Origin: Pyrodictium abyssi | Lineage (GTDB): Archaea > Thermoproteota > Thermoprotei_A > Sulfolobales > Pyrodictiaceae | Direction of reading: 5' to 3' | Length of the DNA: 32,000 nt | Assembly (NCBI RefSeq): GCF_036323395.1 | Contig: NZ_AP028907.1 | Span: 1,140,001-1,172,000 of the forward strand | Shown: positions 1 through 8,932 of the stretch, piece after piece | Layout of the letters: the number at the start of each line of letters is the position of its first letter | How positions within the stretch are numbered: position 1 is the first letter of the stretch | Notes under the pieces: model-generated | Database searches by the model: none | Seen by the model: the letters and a program-made list of their open reading frames with translations, nothing else | What the model was told of the DNA's origin: nothing | Program-made: the position numbers and the translations under genes

Positions 1-380
1 CAGCTATACCGGTTAATGCTCCTCATAGCCGCCGGCTGCCCTGCCCCCTGGGGGACACTACGCAGCAGCGCTGTGGCTATACCGGGGAGCCGGCCGTAGC
101 TCCAAATGCTATACGGTGCTCCTCCGCTCTAACAGTAGGGGTGCAGGGGACCATTGCCTCGCTCCCTAGGGTCGGAGAGGAGGCTGACTCACAGGGAGTA
201 TGTCCCACACTCGGGGGACTCATGTAGTACACAGTGGAGCTGGGTCTTGCTGGAGATGGAGGGCTTTGACACTGGGCTCCTAGGGGAGCTCGAGTCCACA
301 GGGGACGACCAGCGCCTACTCATGGCCGCGAGAGAGAAGGAGAAGAGGAGGAGCCGGTCTCCCTAGCTGCATGGAGGCTG

Positions 381-1490
381 TTAGTCTCTGCAAGGCCTCG
401 GCTCCGTGACGTACCGTAGCGCTTTTCGTATCCGTGGGTTTTCTTTGGCCTGGCTCTTTAGGAGCTCGTAGAGCCTGCCGTCCCTGCAGGCTTCTCTGGC
501 CTCCCTGGCGGCCTCCAGGGTTATGCTGAGGTTGTGGAGGGCTATGCTCTGTGTATCCCGGCGCATCTCCTGGAGCGTCTCGTGCCGGGTGCAGCCTGGG
601 CATCTGCAGGGCGGCTTCTGGGCGGGGCTTGTCTCCCGTAGGCTTATCCTGGCTGGCTTGGCGCCGCTCGGCTGGTAGTAGAGCCTCTTGGCGGCGGCTA
701 TTATGTAGGTCTTGGAGTCCATGCTGTCGGCGCCTGCTGTGTAGAGGAGGGCTGTGTTCCGGGGGCCTGCGACGCCTAGGAGGTGGATCCAGGTGTCCCA
801 GCCGAGGAGCCTCCTTGCCTCCTGTAGCCGCTGTGCTAGTAGCCACCACTTGGCGGAGTGGGGGACGAGGCCGCCGACGGCGTAGCCGTCGACCCCGTCG
901 AGGCCGGTGCCGGCGTGCTCGCGTAGCTCCCTATCGAGGAGCTCTAGGAGCCTCCGGAGTGCCTCGACCCCGTTGTACTGGAGGACCACTAGGAGCCTCA
1001 TGCCCCGGCGGCTGCGGAGCTGGTAGGCTAGGGCGGCGGCACGGGCTGTGAGCCGGATCCTCTCCGCCACCTCGCCGGGGCAACAGCCGGGGTCCACCTG
1101 GCTCCCGGGGGGCAGGGGGTAGTCGAGGGTGAAGGCCACGTCTGCGCCGAACCGCTCCTGGCGCCGCAGCACCTCCTCCACCAGGTCCTCGCTCCAGCCC
1201 CGGGGCAGCCCCCGGGCCCGGGAGCCGGCCCCGCTGCCGTGGAGCCCGGCGAGCCGGCGCTGCGGGGCCTCGAGGAAGAGGAAGGCGCCGCTATCCACCC
1301 AGGCGCGTATCTCCCCTAGCATGGAGGCCCGGTAGCCGTTGCCGAGGAAGAACGCGTTGAACATCGCGTGGCGCCAGCCCAGCCCACGGGGCGGCGGCAG
1401 CCAGAACGGCGGCGTATTCCCGCCCGCCCCGAGGTTGTGAACCGGCACCACCACCGGCGGCTCAGCCCCGGGCAGCAGCGTCCGCGGCAA
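381..1490 (-). CDS. tRNA-guanine transglycosylase-like protein (TGT superfamily, possibly DpdA-like)
   Basis: 369 aa ORF. Has WVDSGAF (cf. TGT DSGGFQ), FTLDYP, YAVGGLVPHS, and a C-terminal zinc signature CRCPGC...H (CPPCRCPGCTRHETLQEMRRDTQSIALHNL) typical of TGT-fold enzymes. Confidence 0.7.
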   Translation of the reverse strand: MPRTLLPGAEPPVVVPVHNLGAGGNTPPFWLPPPRGLGWRHAMFNAFFLGNGYRASMLGEIRAWVDSGAFLFLEAPQRRLAGLHGSGAGSRARGLPRGWSEDLVEEVLRRQERFGADVAFTLDYPLPPGSQVDPGCCPGEVAERIRLTARAAALAYQLRSRRGMRLLVVLQYNGVEALRRLLELLDRELREHAGTGLDGVDGYAVGGLVPHSAKWWLLAQRLQEARRLLGWDTWIHLLGVAGPRNTALLYTAGADSMDSKTYIIAAAKRLYYQPSGAKPARISLRETSPAQKPPCRCPGCTRHETLQEMRRDTQSIALHNLSITLEAAREAREACRDGRLYELLKSQAKENPRIRKALRYVTEPRPCRD

Positions 1491-1566
1491 GCCGGGTAGT
1501 CCCTACCCTGCTGCTCCTAGGCCCCGGGCTAAGGGCGTTCCTTCCTCGGATCCTCCTTGGAGGCCT

Positions 1567-2538
1567 CTAGACCTCTAGCTCCCATACAAGCTGGTCTATA
1601 GTCTTCGCTAGGGTCACCATAGTCCTGCCTGGAACATCGCTGGGCTGCACTATTACCACGCCGCGTACCTGCGCCTCGAACTGGTCGAGATAGCCCTCGA
1701 GCCCCTGCCACTTAAGGAGCATGCTGTAGGCCTCCTGGAGTGCCGTAAACCTGTCCCCCGTTAGGGTTTCGAGGGCGACCACGTCGAGTGCTATGAGGTG
1801 GCCTAGCCTCGTAGTGTCACGAAGATAGTCAAGATAGATCTTTAGGGGATCGTCGTCCTCGTGCTGGGCTACCGCGTAGCCTACCCCGGTTAGCCTTGCC
1901 CTCCTCCGGGGCCCTGTTGCAAGGTGGAGCGCGCTAAGGTAGCACCAGCGTAGCCTGAACTCCATGTTAGCCGTATCCTTGCTCACGCCGAGCACATCCC
2001 GGGCCTTCAGCCCTCGCCATACATAGGCCACTGCCTGGAGAGACTTGTGCAGGTTAAATGCCTGGGACTTGGAGAGACCATGCAGCAGTAGGGTCTTCTC
2101 TGGCAACGTGAGCAGCGGCGGGAGCAACGTTACGTCTAGGGGGCTCCTGGCGCCTAGAACCTCGAGGACAGTATCCAGGGTTGTCTCGAGTAAGTTCATA
2201 TCTATGGAGAGCTTTTCAATGAAATAGGTTATCCTGTTGCCATCGACAGCCTCCTCTGCTGGCTTAGCCGTGCTCTTGGGCCTGTAGCCGAGGCTCTCGA
2301 GGCGCTCGTCGGATATAAGCCACTGCTTCTCGGGGGAGTACCGGAGCTTGTTTGTGACGTAGCCTAGGTGCTGCTGGAGAGCCCTGGCTATCTCCTGCCT
2401 GCTATACCCTTTAGCGGCGAGGTAGGCCAGCATGAAGAGTATCCGGGGCGACTGGTATACCCACGTGCCCCCGCCGCGGCGAGGATAGAGACTCGGAAGC
2501 TGGACGAGGGCCCGGGAGCCCGAGCCCCTATGGGGCAA
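1567..2538 (-). CDS. uncharacterised protein, co-oriented with and overlapping the downstream-coordinate ATPase gene
   Basis: 323 aa ORF; 11-bp overlap with 2528..3841. N-terminal segment YSRQEIARALQQHLGYVTNKLRYS looks helix-turn-helix-like. No family recognised. Confidence 0.7.
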   Translation of the reverse strand: MPHRGSGSRALVQLPSLYPRRGGGTWVYQSPRILFMLAYLAAKGYSRQEIARALQQHLGYVTNKLRYSPEKQWLISDERLESLGYRPKSTAKPAEEAVDGNRITYFIEKLSIDMNLLETTLDTVLEVLGARSPLDVTLLPPLLTLPEKTLLLHGLSKSQAFNLHKSLQAVAYVWRGLKARDVLGVSKDTANMEFRLRWCYLSALHLATGPRRRARLTGVGYAVAQHEDDDPLKIYLDYLRDTTRLGHLIALDVVALETLTGDRFTALQEAYSMLLKWQGLEGYLDQFEAQVRGVVIVQPSDVPGRTMVTLAKTIDQLVWELEV

Positions 2539-3841
2539 GGTTGAGTTCCACCTCTAGCAGCTGTGGGTCAAGCCTCAGGCTCGCTGATACGCTCTTAGCG
2601 GCCTCTCCACGGGCTATATCCCTCAGATTGTTTATCGCCTTCTCGGTCAACATGTAGAGGTCGCCAGCCGTACGTAGTAGGCCTACCTTCCTCAGCCTTT
2701 CAACCATGTCTGCAGTGCTCATAGTTTCTAGCTCGGCGAGCACTTTGCTGCCAATTATTTCTTTAATCCTCGCCTTTACGGCCTCCTTGCCACTTATCAC
2801 GGATTTCGCTCTCTCGATATAGTCGCGCCGGAGTGGTGCATACGCATTCTGGTTTATCCATGCAGCAGTGTAGACTGCTAGAAGCGACGCCCTCGTCTTC
2901 GGGCTTATCCGGCGCGGATACGAGAGCGCGCCATAGGCTAGTATGGCGAGCCTCTCGGTGATGGCATACATCATGCTACCTAGGCTCTGGGCTGTGAGGA
3001 GGAGCCCTACAACAGCACGAGGGTTCCGCAACTGTACACCGAGGCTTCTAATCTCCTCTGCCCAGCTGGCTTCAAGCCCTTCCAGCCTCAGGAGGTTCCT
3101 GAGAAACGCTAGCATGTCCTCGGGCTTTGCTAGTAGCTGCATTGAGGGCTGGAGACGGCTCACTATCTGTATGTCGAAGTAGCCCCATAGAGTAGTCGGT
3201 ATGGTGAAGCTCAGCTTAGCCGGCTTAGCATCGGCGAGGTAGAAGAAGTCCTCCACCATATCGTCCACACCCTTATAGCCATATAGATCCGGGCGCTCGA
3301 TTACTCGCTCGAACTCATCAAGCACCACGAGGCTGTAGTCTTTCAGATGCTCCTCTACAATTGATATGATCTTCTCCGAGCCTTTCCCTTCTATTGTAAA
3401 GGATCTTCCAGCTACATCCTTCAGCATACCATTTAGTATTTCCCTAGGGTCTCTCTGCAGTTCTAGGCCAGCTGTTTCGGCTACCCACTTGACAAGGATC
3501 TCCGGCTTACAAGCCCCGGTTTCTCTTAACACATTGACCGCTTCGACGAAGCTCGGGGCTAGGTCTCTTAACTCGCGCTTTCCGGTTGCACGTAGGAGCC
3601 GGTAGGCTGCTATGACTATAGGTTTCCCGCCGCTCGCAGCCTCCGCAATGGCTGTGAGCAACGCTATAAGGCTCTTGCCCATGCCGTAGAAGCCTCTTAT
3701 ACTGCCCCCATTCTTTAGCACCTGGTAGCCCGTCCGTAGCCATTCGGGTAACGCAGGGTTAGCAGGCCCTTTGAGCCTCTCGATCTCACTACAAATAGCG
3801 GGAAGCGCACGTATAGCCGTAAGCGTAGAAGATACAGACAC
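2528..3841 (-). CDS. AAA+/STAND-like P-loop ATPase
   Basis: 437 aa ORF with Walker A GFYGMGKS and Walker B YSLVVLDEFE; C-terminal winged-helix-like segment MVERLRKVGLLRTAGDLYMLTEKA. Confidence 0.8.
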   Translation of the reverse strand: MSVSSTLTAIRALPAICSEIERLKGPANPALPEWLRTGYQVLKNGGSIRGFYGMGKSLIALLTAIAEAASGGKPIVIAAYRLLRATGKRELRDLAPSFVEAVNVLRETGACKPEILVKWVAETAGLELQRDPREILNGMLKDVAGRSFTIEGKGSEKIISIVEEHLKDYSLVVLDEFERVIERPDLYGYKGVDDMVEDFFYLADAKPAKLSFTIPTTLWGYFDIQIVSRLQPSMQLLAKPEDMLAFLRNLLRLEGLEASWAEEIRSLGVQLRNPRAVVGLLLTAQSLGSMMYAITERLAILAYGALSYPRRISPKTRASLLAVYTAAWINQNAYAPLRRDYIERAKSVISGKEAVKARIKEIIGSKVLAELETMSTADMVERLRKVGLLRTAGDLYMLTEKAINNLRDIARGEAAKSVSASLRLDPQLLEVELNLAP

Positions 3842-3865
3842 AGCTCAATCCCTCGTAGCCTTATT

Positions 3866-4534
3866 CTAGGGCAGGAGTTCTATGAGGTTTTCCCGGGATA
3901 TACTGTTGAGAAGTTCACGCAGCCGTTTAGCCTCCTTCTTCAACTTGTTCAGGGGTATCAGCGGCTCTGGCACTTCTTCTTTCATCTTGGACTCAGCTAC
4001 TACTATAGCTGACCGTATTGCTGCGTATCTAGCAGCCATGTCGCAGAGCGAGACCATGTAGTTCTTGCCGGTGATCTGTCTAAGTTCTACTATTCCCGAC
4101 CTCCTTAACTCCCTTATTATACTGCCTATCACCTTTCTCTCCGCTACCTCGCCCTGAACATACTCATGAAGGATAATAAGTCCTTCAAGCCCCATTGCAG
4201 TTACATAGTTGACTAGACTCGATATCCTGTTCACTCGCGGGGTGAGGGCGTACACTGCTACCACTCCGGCTCTGCTAGGCTCCCTTCTAATCCTTTCACT
4301 CACGGCGCCGAGGTACCGTATAGCCTTAGGTCCATGAGCCTTCCGGTGCGGTCCTAGGAGTAGCAGCTCGAGCCACTTACGCGAGCCGTCTATGCTGCGC
4401 CAGGTGGCTCTTCTAGCCATGCTGGTGGCCGTGGCCTGTAGCGTCTCCACGAGGCCGACTAGCCGCTGGTTCATGGAGTAGAGTACTACGCCTACGCCCT
4501 CGTACCCCATGTACTCGGAGTAGTCTATGCACAT
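3866..4534 (-). CDS. uncharacterised protein upstream of the ATPase
   Basis: 222 aa ORF, same strand, 24-nt gap to the ATPase gene; normal-looking protein composition. Confidence 0.65.
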   Translation of the reverse strand: MCIDYSEYMGYEGVGVVLYSMNQRLVGLVETLQATATSMARRATWRSIDGSRKWLELLLLGPHRKAHGPKAIRYLGAVSERIRREPSRAGVVAVYALTPRVNRISSLVNYVTAMGLEGLIILHEYVQGEVAERKVIGSIIRELRRSGIVELRQITGKNYMVSLCDMAARYAAIRSAIVVAESKMKEEVPEPLIPLNKLKKEAKRLRELLNSISRENLIELLP

Positions 4535-4585
4535 TGCTGCTAGCAGTGCTGCTCCCCAGCGGCTGCGGAGACAGTACCTGGCTGC

Positions 4586-5140
4586 GTGGATTTAGCGTTC
4601 ACGCTGGTCTGGGGTTGTGAGGAGGGCTACAGCTTCAAGGGGTGGCTTTATAGAGGGACCGTGGGTCCCTCTCAGCCTAGAGCAGGGGCGGCGAGAGGAG
4701 GAGACAGGGTGCCGGGGGGTCTCTGCTTCAGCGGCAGCCTGGCGGAGGTGCTGCTGCGGCTCCGGGAGAGGCCGCCGACCTGGCTCCCCGTCACCCCGTG
4801 GCTGGTCCGGGTCACGCTGCGCGGCGACTGCGAGCTAGCAGGGGAGCTGGTGAAGAGGCTGCGGAGCCTCATGGAGCCGGGCCGAGAGAAGGAGCTCGGC
4901 AACGCTCTCCGCGCCTTCGTGGACGAGTGCCGCCCAGGCGAAGGCAGGGCCCTCGCCGTGATAGTGCTGCGGAGCCCTAGCGGCCGGGCCCTAGAGGTCG
5001 CCGTGGAGCCGGACGAGGCCGCCGACCCTGGGCCCGTGGAGCGGGCCGTCCGCTTCCTCTGCGGCTGGGAGCAGGAAGAAGAGAAGGAGGAGAAAGAGGA
5101 GCACGGAGACGAGGCCGGGGAGGAGACGGGGGACGCCTAG
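4586..5140 (+). CDS. hypothetical protein with Glu-rich C-terminus
   Basis: 184 aa ORF containing WLVRVTLRGDCELAGELVKRLRSLME and ending in EQEEEKEEKEEHGDEAGEETGDA; overlapping ORFs in other frames look like GC artefacts. Confidence 0.45.
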   Translation: MDLAFTLVWGCEEGYSFKGWLYRGTVGPSQPRAGAARGGDRVPGGLCFSGSLAEVLLRLRERPPTWLPVTPWLVRVTLRGDCELAGELVKRLRSLMEPGREKELGNALRAFVDECRPGEGRALAVIVLRSPSGRALEVAVEPDEAADPGPVERAVRFLCGWEQEEEKEEKEEHGDEAGEETGDA

Positions 5141-5192
5141 ACCCCGCGGCGCCACACGCTCTACACCCGGGGGCTGCGCCTGGGGGAGAGAG

Positions 5193-5444
5193 GTGCAGGG
5201 AATGGGCAAGTGGGCTGAGGAGGCACTGAAGAGGCTCCGGGAGATGGGGCTCGACCCCTACAGGGCGTGGCTCTGCGCCGAGTACGGCATGTGCCCCGAG
5301 GACGTAGACCATGCCGAGGTAGACAGGCTAGTCTTCATGCTGGTAGCAGACCTCGAGGCGGAGGGGCGGAACCCGGTAGCTGAGTGGGAGAAGCGCCACA
5401 TGGAGGAGAGAGCCGGGAAGAGGCCAGCTGTCGCCACAGCCTAG
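5193..5444 (+). CDS. small hypothetical protein
   Basis: 83 aa ORF with protein-like composition (KWAEEALKRLREMGLDPYRAWLCAEYGMCPEDVDHAEVDRLVFMLVADLEAEG). Confidence 0.45.
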   Translation: MQGMGKWAEEALKRLREMGLDPYRAWLCAEYGMCPEDVDHAEVDRLVFMLVADLEAEGRNPVAEWEKRHMEERAGKRPAVATA

Positions 5445-5461
5445 CCCTTCCGCGCCCGCCT

Positions 5462-6172
5462 CTACCAGGCTGCGACCACGACGCCCTTGCTCTGGGCGTA
5501 CTCGGCTACCTCGCGGCCAACCCGTGTACCGGTGAGCACTGGCACCACCCTCTTGCCGGGGTAGCGCCTCGCCACCAGCTCGGCTTTCGCCAGGAGCGCT
5601 GCCACGTCGCTGTGCCGGGGCTGCACCTTTACCTCCACCACGTAGACCGTCCGCTCGGCGACCAGGAGCAGGTCTATGTCCTCGCCGTCTACCCTCGCGT
5701 TCCGCTCCCAGTGCTCGAGCCGCTCGCCGCGGCCGGCTAGCTCGTAGAGCACAGTGTCCATGAAGAACTTGGCGTAGACGCTCTCGCTCAGCGCTCCCAG
5801 CAGGTCCTCGACGCGGGAGACACGGCGGTTCATCTCCCTCAGCTCTCTCCATATCTTCTCTATCTCCTCCCATATCTTCTTGATCTCCTCAATCACCGCC
5901 CGGAACTTCTCGTCGTGCTCCAACAGCTTCCGCTCTATGGCTTCGAACCGCTTACTCGCCTCCTCGAACCTCTTGTCGTGTTCGAGTAGCTTCCGCTCAA
6001 GGGCCTCGAACCTCTTGTTGGAGTCCTCTCGTAGCCGCCGTAGCTCCTCGAGGATCTCCCTGAGGCCGATAAGCCCGGCCACTGCTAGCCGGAACTCCTC
6101 GTCACGCTTCAGCAGCTCCAAGAACCGCTGCTTCAGCTCCTCGTCGCCCAGGGTAGCCAACCTGCTGGACAC
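5462..6172 (-). CDS. coiled-coil plus PD-(D/E)XK nuclease-like protein (DUF3782-type)
   Basis: Heptad-like repeats (KRFEALERKLLEHDKRFEE...) followed by DGEDIDLLLVAERTVYVVEVKVQ, a PD-(D/E)XK-like core. The ORF track starts at 6376, but the upstream part is low-quality sequence overlapping divergent pcp; a GTG at 6172 (VSSRLATLGDEELKQRF) is a better start. Confidence 0.65.
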   Translation of the reverse strand: MSSRLATLGDEELKQRFLELLKRDEEFRLAVAGLIGLREILEELRRLREDSNKRFEALERKLLEHDKRFEEASKRFEAIERKLLEHDEKFRAVIEEIKKIWEEIEKIWRELREMNRRVSRVEDLLGALSESVYAKFFMDTVLYELAGRGERLEHWERNARVDGEDIDLLLVAERTVYVVEVKVQPRHSDVAALLAKAELVARRYPGKRVVPVLTGTRVGREVAEYAQSKGVVVAAW

Positions 6173-6250
6173 CCCTTCTCTGAGACATCTACTGGCCCAG
6201 GGGCGCCGGTTAAACCCGCCGGGGCCCAGAGACGCGGGGAGGGGGCGCAC

Positions 6251-6883
6251 ATGGCCAGTACTAGGCCCGTGGCCCTGGTGGCCGGGTTCACCGTGTTCGC
6301 CGGGCTCCAGTTCAACCCCGCCGAGGAGATAGCCCGCCGGCTCGACGGCGCCACCATAGGCGGGCTCCGCGTCCACGCCCTCGTGCTCCCCGTCTCCCTC
6401 CGCCGCGCACTCCCCCTCCTAGAGGAGCGGCTCAGGGCGCTACGGCCCCGCGTAGCCCTGGGCCTAGGCCTCTCGCCCCGCGCAGGGAAGGTCACCCTCG
6501 AGCTAGCCGCCGTAAGCCTAGCCCACTACCCCGACACCCCCGACGAGGACGGCCACCGCGCCGTCCTAGAGCCCCTCGACGCGGGCGGCCCAAGGGCCTA
6601 CACCACCCGCATACCCCTAGAGGCCGCGAGGACCTGCAGCGAGAAGGGGCACCCGGTGACGGTGGGGCTCAGCGCCGGCACCTACCTCTGCAACGCAGCC
6701 GCCTACACCATCCACCGCTACGCCCACCGCCACGGCGCAGCCGGGGGCTTCCTACACCTCCCGCCCTCGACCGAGCTAGCCCACCGCCACCACCTAGAAC
6801 CAGCCACACCCCTCTGGCTCCAGCTAGAAACAGTCAAATGCATACTAGAGGAGACAATACGCCACACAACCCAACGCCCATGA
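6251..6883 (+). CDS. pcp: pyroglutamyl-peptidase I
   Basis: 210 aa; GLGLSPRAGKVTLELAAVS and the active-site-like LSAGTYLCNAAAYTIHRYAH...GGFLHLP are characteristic of the C15 peptidase family. Confidence 0.8.
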   Translation: MASTRPVALVAGFTVFAGLQFNPAEEIARRLDGATIGGLRVHALVLPVSLRRALPLLEERLRALRPRVALGLGLSPRAGKVTLELAAVSLAHYPDTPDEDGHRAVLEPLDAGGPRAYTTRIPLEAARTCSEKGHPVTVGLSAGTYLCNAAAYTIHRYAHRHGAAGGFLHLPPSTELAHRHHLEPATPLWLQLETVKCILEETIRHTTQRP

Positions 6884-6963
6884 GGCTTCCAGTCAGCGCT
6901 ATTTTCCACAACCCTTGGAGCCGCCACCGAGCCCCAGATAAGCAGCCCCTAGCACGCCCACGT

Positions 6964-8453
6964 CTTTCAGTTCTATTGTTTATGATTCACTTCTTGGTCG
7001 AGGACTTTGCGCCGTACTTCTACGTGCCCCTTTCAGTTCTATTTGTTATGATTCCCGGCATCGCAGTCTTTACCGTGGGAGCGGCAGCTCTAGCGCTAAT
7101 GACTTTCAGTTCTATTTGCTATAATTCATGCAGCCGTCGCCGCTGCTCAGCTTGACGTACGCCAGCGGATATGCCTTTCAGTTCTATTTGTTATGATTCC
7201 CACCCCAGCCTTGCTAGTAGATGCTCAAGGTCTGGTGTTAGGCCTTTCAGTTCTATTTGTTATGATTCTCCATTCGGCCTTGGGGGACTCCAGCTCACGG
7301 AGGCGACTCGCCTTTCAGTTCTATTTGTTATGATTCGTCGAGGGGGTGGACGAACTGGGGTGGAGCTACGGCTACAGCTACATCTTTCAGTTCTATTTGT
7401 TATGATTCTCCCCAGGAAGAGGAAGCGCTGCTCGCTCTGCGTGTACTCTGGCTTTCAGTTCTATTTGTTATGATTCTTTGGGAATGTGCTGTTTGTCGTG
7501 ATTGTCACGCTCGCAGAGATCTTTCAGTTCTATTTGTTATGATTCTGACGATAACGTACGGGGGACTCGTGATAGCAGTATCGTGGATAATCTTTCAGTT
7601 CTATTTGTTATGATTCTATTATCGGCAGCAGCACCGGGCTCCAAGCCTTGACGAACTTCTTTCAGTTCTATTTGTTATGATTCTTCTGGGCCTGGGCCAT
7701 GGCTTGCACCAGGGCCTGCATCATCTGGGCTTTCAGTTCTATTTGTTATGATTCGGGCCGGCCAGTATTTCTCCTAGTCCTAAGATCTGCTAGGCTTTCA
7801 GTTCTATTTGTTATGATTCCTCCCCGGGCCGCGGCCACACCCCCGCGAAGCCGCGAGCCTCCATCTTTCAGTTCTATTTGTTATGATTCCTCGCCACGAT
7901 GATACAGATGTGGATAGACTGGCACCAGAGCGAGGCCTTTCAGTTCTATTTGTTATGATTCCTTCATCCGCGAGTTCCCCAGGATAGTCTGGCTAACAAT
8001 CTTTCAGTTCTATTTGTTATGATTCTTGGCATTCGCACATAAGCTAGCTAGCGACCTGGAGGGGCTCTATAGCTTTCAGTTCTATTTGTTATGATTCGGA
8101 GGGCGCTACGAGGTAATAGTGGGCGGGCCTAACTACGATCTAGCAACTTTCAGTTCTATTTGTTATGATTCAAGCGCTGCGATTACATCTACTTCCCGAG
8201 CAGCCTCGTAGAGGCTATCTTTCAGTTCTATTTGTTATGATTCGCGGAGCAGCAGCAAGGCCCAGCGTATGGCCCGGCCCAGCCCCCTTTCAGTTCTATT
8301 TGTTATGATTCCTGGTGCCGGGTGTTGCAGAGGTGGCGTATAGCCCGGATAGCCTCGGGCCTTTCAGTTCTATTTGTTATGATTCCGTGGCCAGAGGATA
8401 GTCGCCTACCTCGACGTCACCGGGGTGGCTTTCAGTTCTATTTGTTATGATTC
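6964..8453 (-). CRISPR. CRISPR array 1: 22 repeats, 21 spacers (39-51 nt)
   Basis: On the + strand the repeat reads CTTTCAGTTCTATTTGTTATGATTC (25 nt). Degenerate copies lie at 6964-6988 (TTGTTT for TTTGTT) and 7103-7127 (TTTGCTATAATTC). The leader is at the high-coordinate side, so transcription is inferred on the minus strand. Confidence 0.98.
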
Positions 8454-8750
8454 TGCATTTTGTCCACTTGTATATGTCCTCTTCCTGGTGTTATTTATGT
8501 CTTGTCTCTGCCTTATGGTGGGCTCTGGCTCTGCGTGTCTAGCCCGGTTACATTAGAGTCATTCAAGTATAATGCGTGATCATCAGTGATGGTCCCATCA
8601 ATGGTATTTATTCCACATGACTTATACTCTTTTAATCGATTCCATATGCTCGGTCTCATTTATTCTTTGCTCCCGGTGCCTGAGCTTATGAGTGCAAAGG
8701 ATAAGAAGTACTGGTTAGTGCATGACGAGAAGCTGTAGTAGGCGTTGTTT
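8454..8750 (-). promoter_or_regulatory. CRISPR leader 1
   Basis: Reverse complement is homologous to the leaders of arrays 2 and 3 (…AATCGATTA…GGAATAAATACCATTGATGGGACCATCACTGATGATCACGCATTA…GACATAAATAACAC…GTGGACAAAAATGCA|GAATC). Confidence 0.85.
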
Positions 8751-8932
8751 GTGTCTAGGCTGGTGTTTTGTAGCTCTATGGCTGTGCTTGTCTGCTTGTT
8801 TTAGGCGATGGGTTTACCTGTTCTGGTTTCCGCGTTTGGTGTGCCTGAGTTTATTTGGGGTTGTGGTTGTTATGGTGTCTCCTCTGTCTGTCCTGCTGGG
8901 GGTGTTCTGGGCTGGGGTCCGGGAGGGTCTAT

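Noticed and set aside
316-849. 177 aa minus-strand ORF and 551..1051 plus-strand ORF over the TGT-like gene
   Set aside because: Pro/Arg/Gln-rich or Cys/Arg-rich shadows of the motif-supported 381..1490 CDS.
6838-7902. ORFs 6838..7155, 7171..7473 and 7699..7902 containing repeated LSVLFVMI / FSSICYDS
   Set aside because: They are translations of CRISPR repeats and spacers in array 1.
8855-8932. N-terminal part of the 335 aa cas6 ORF (MGLWLLWCLLCLSCWGC...)
   Set aside because: Not Cas6-like and close to leader 1; GTG 8933 with an upstream GGGAGGG is a better start.
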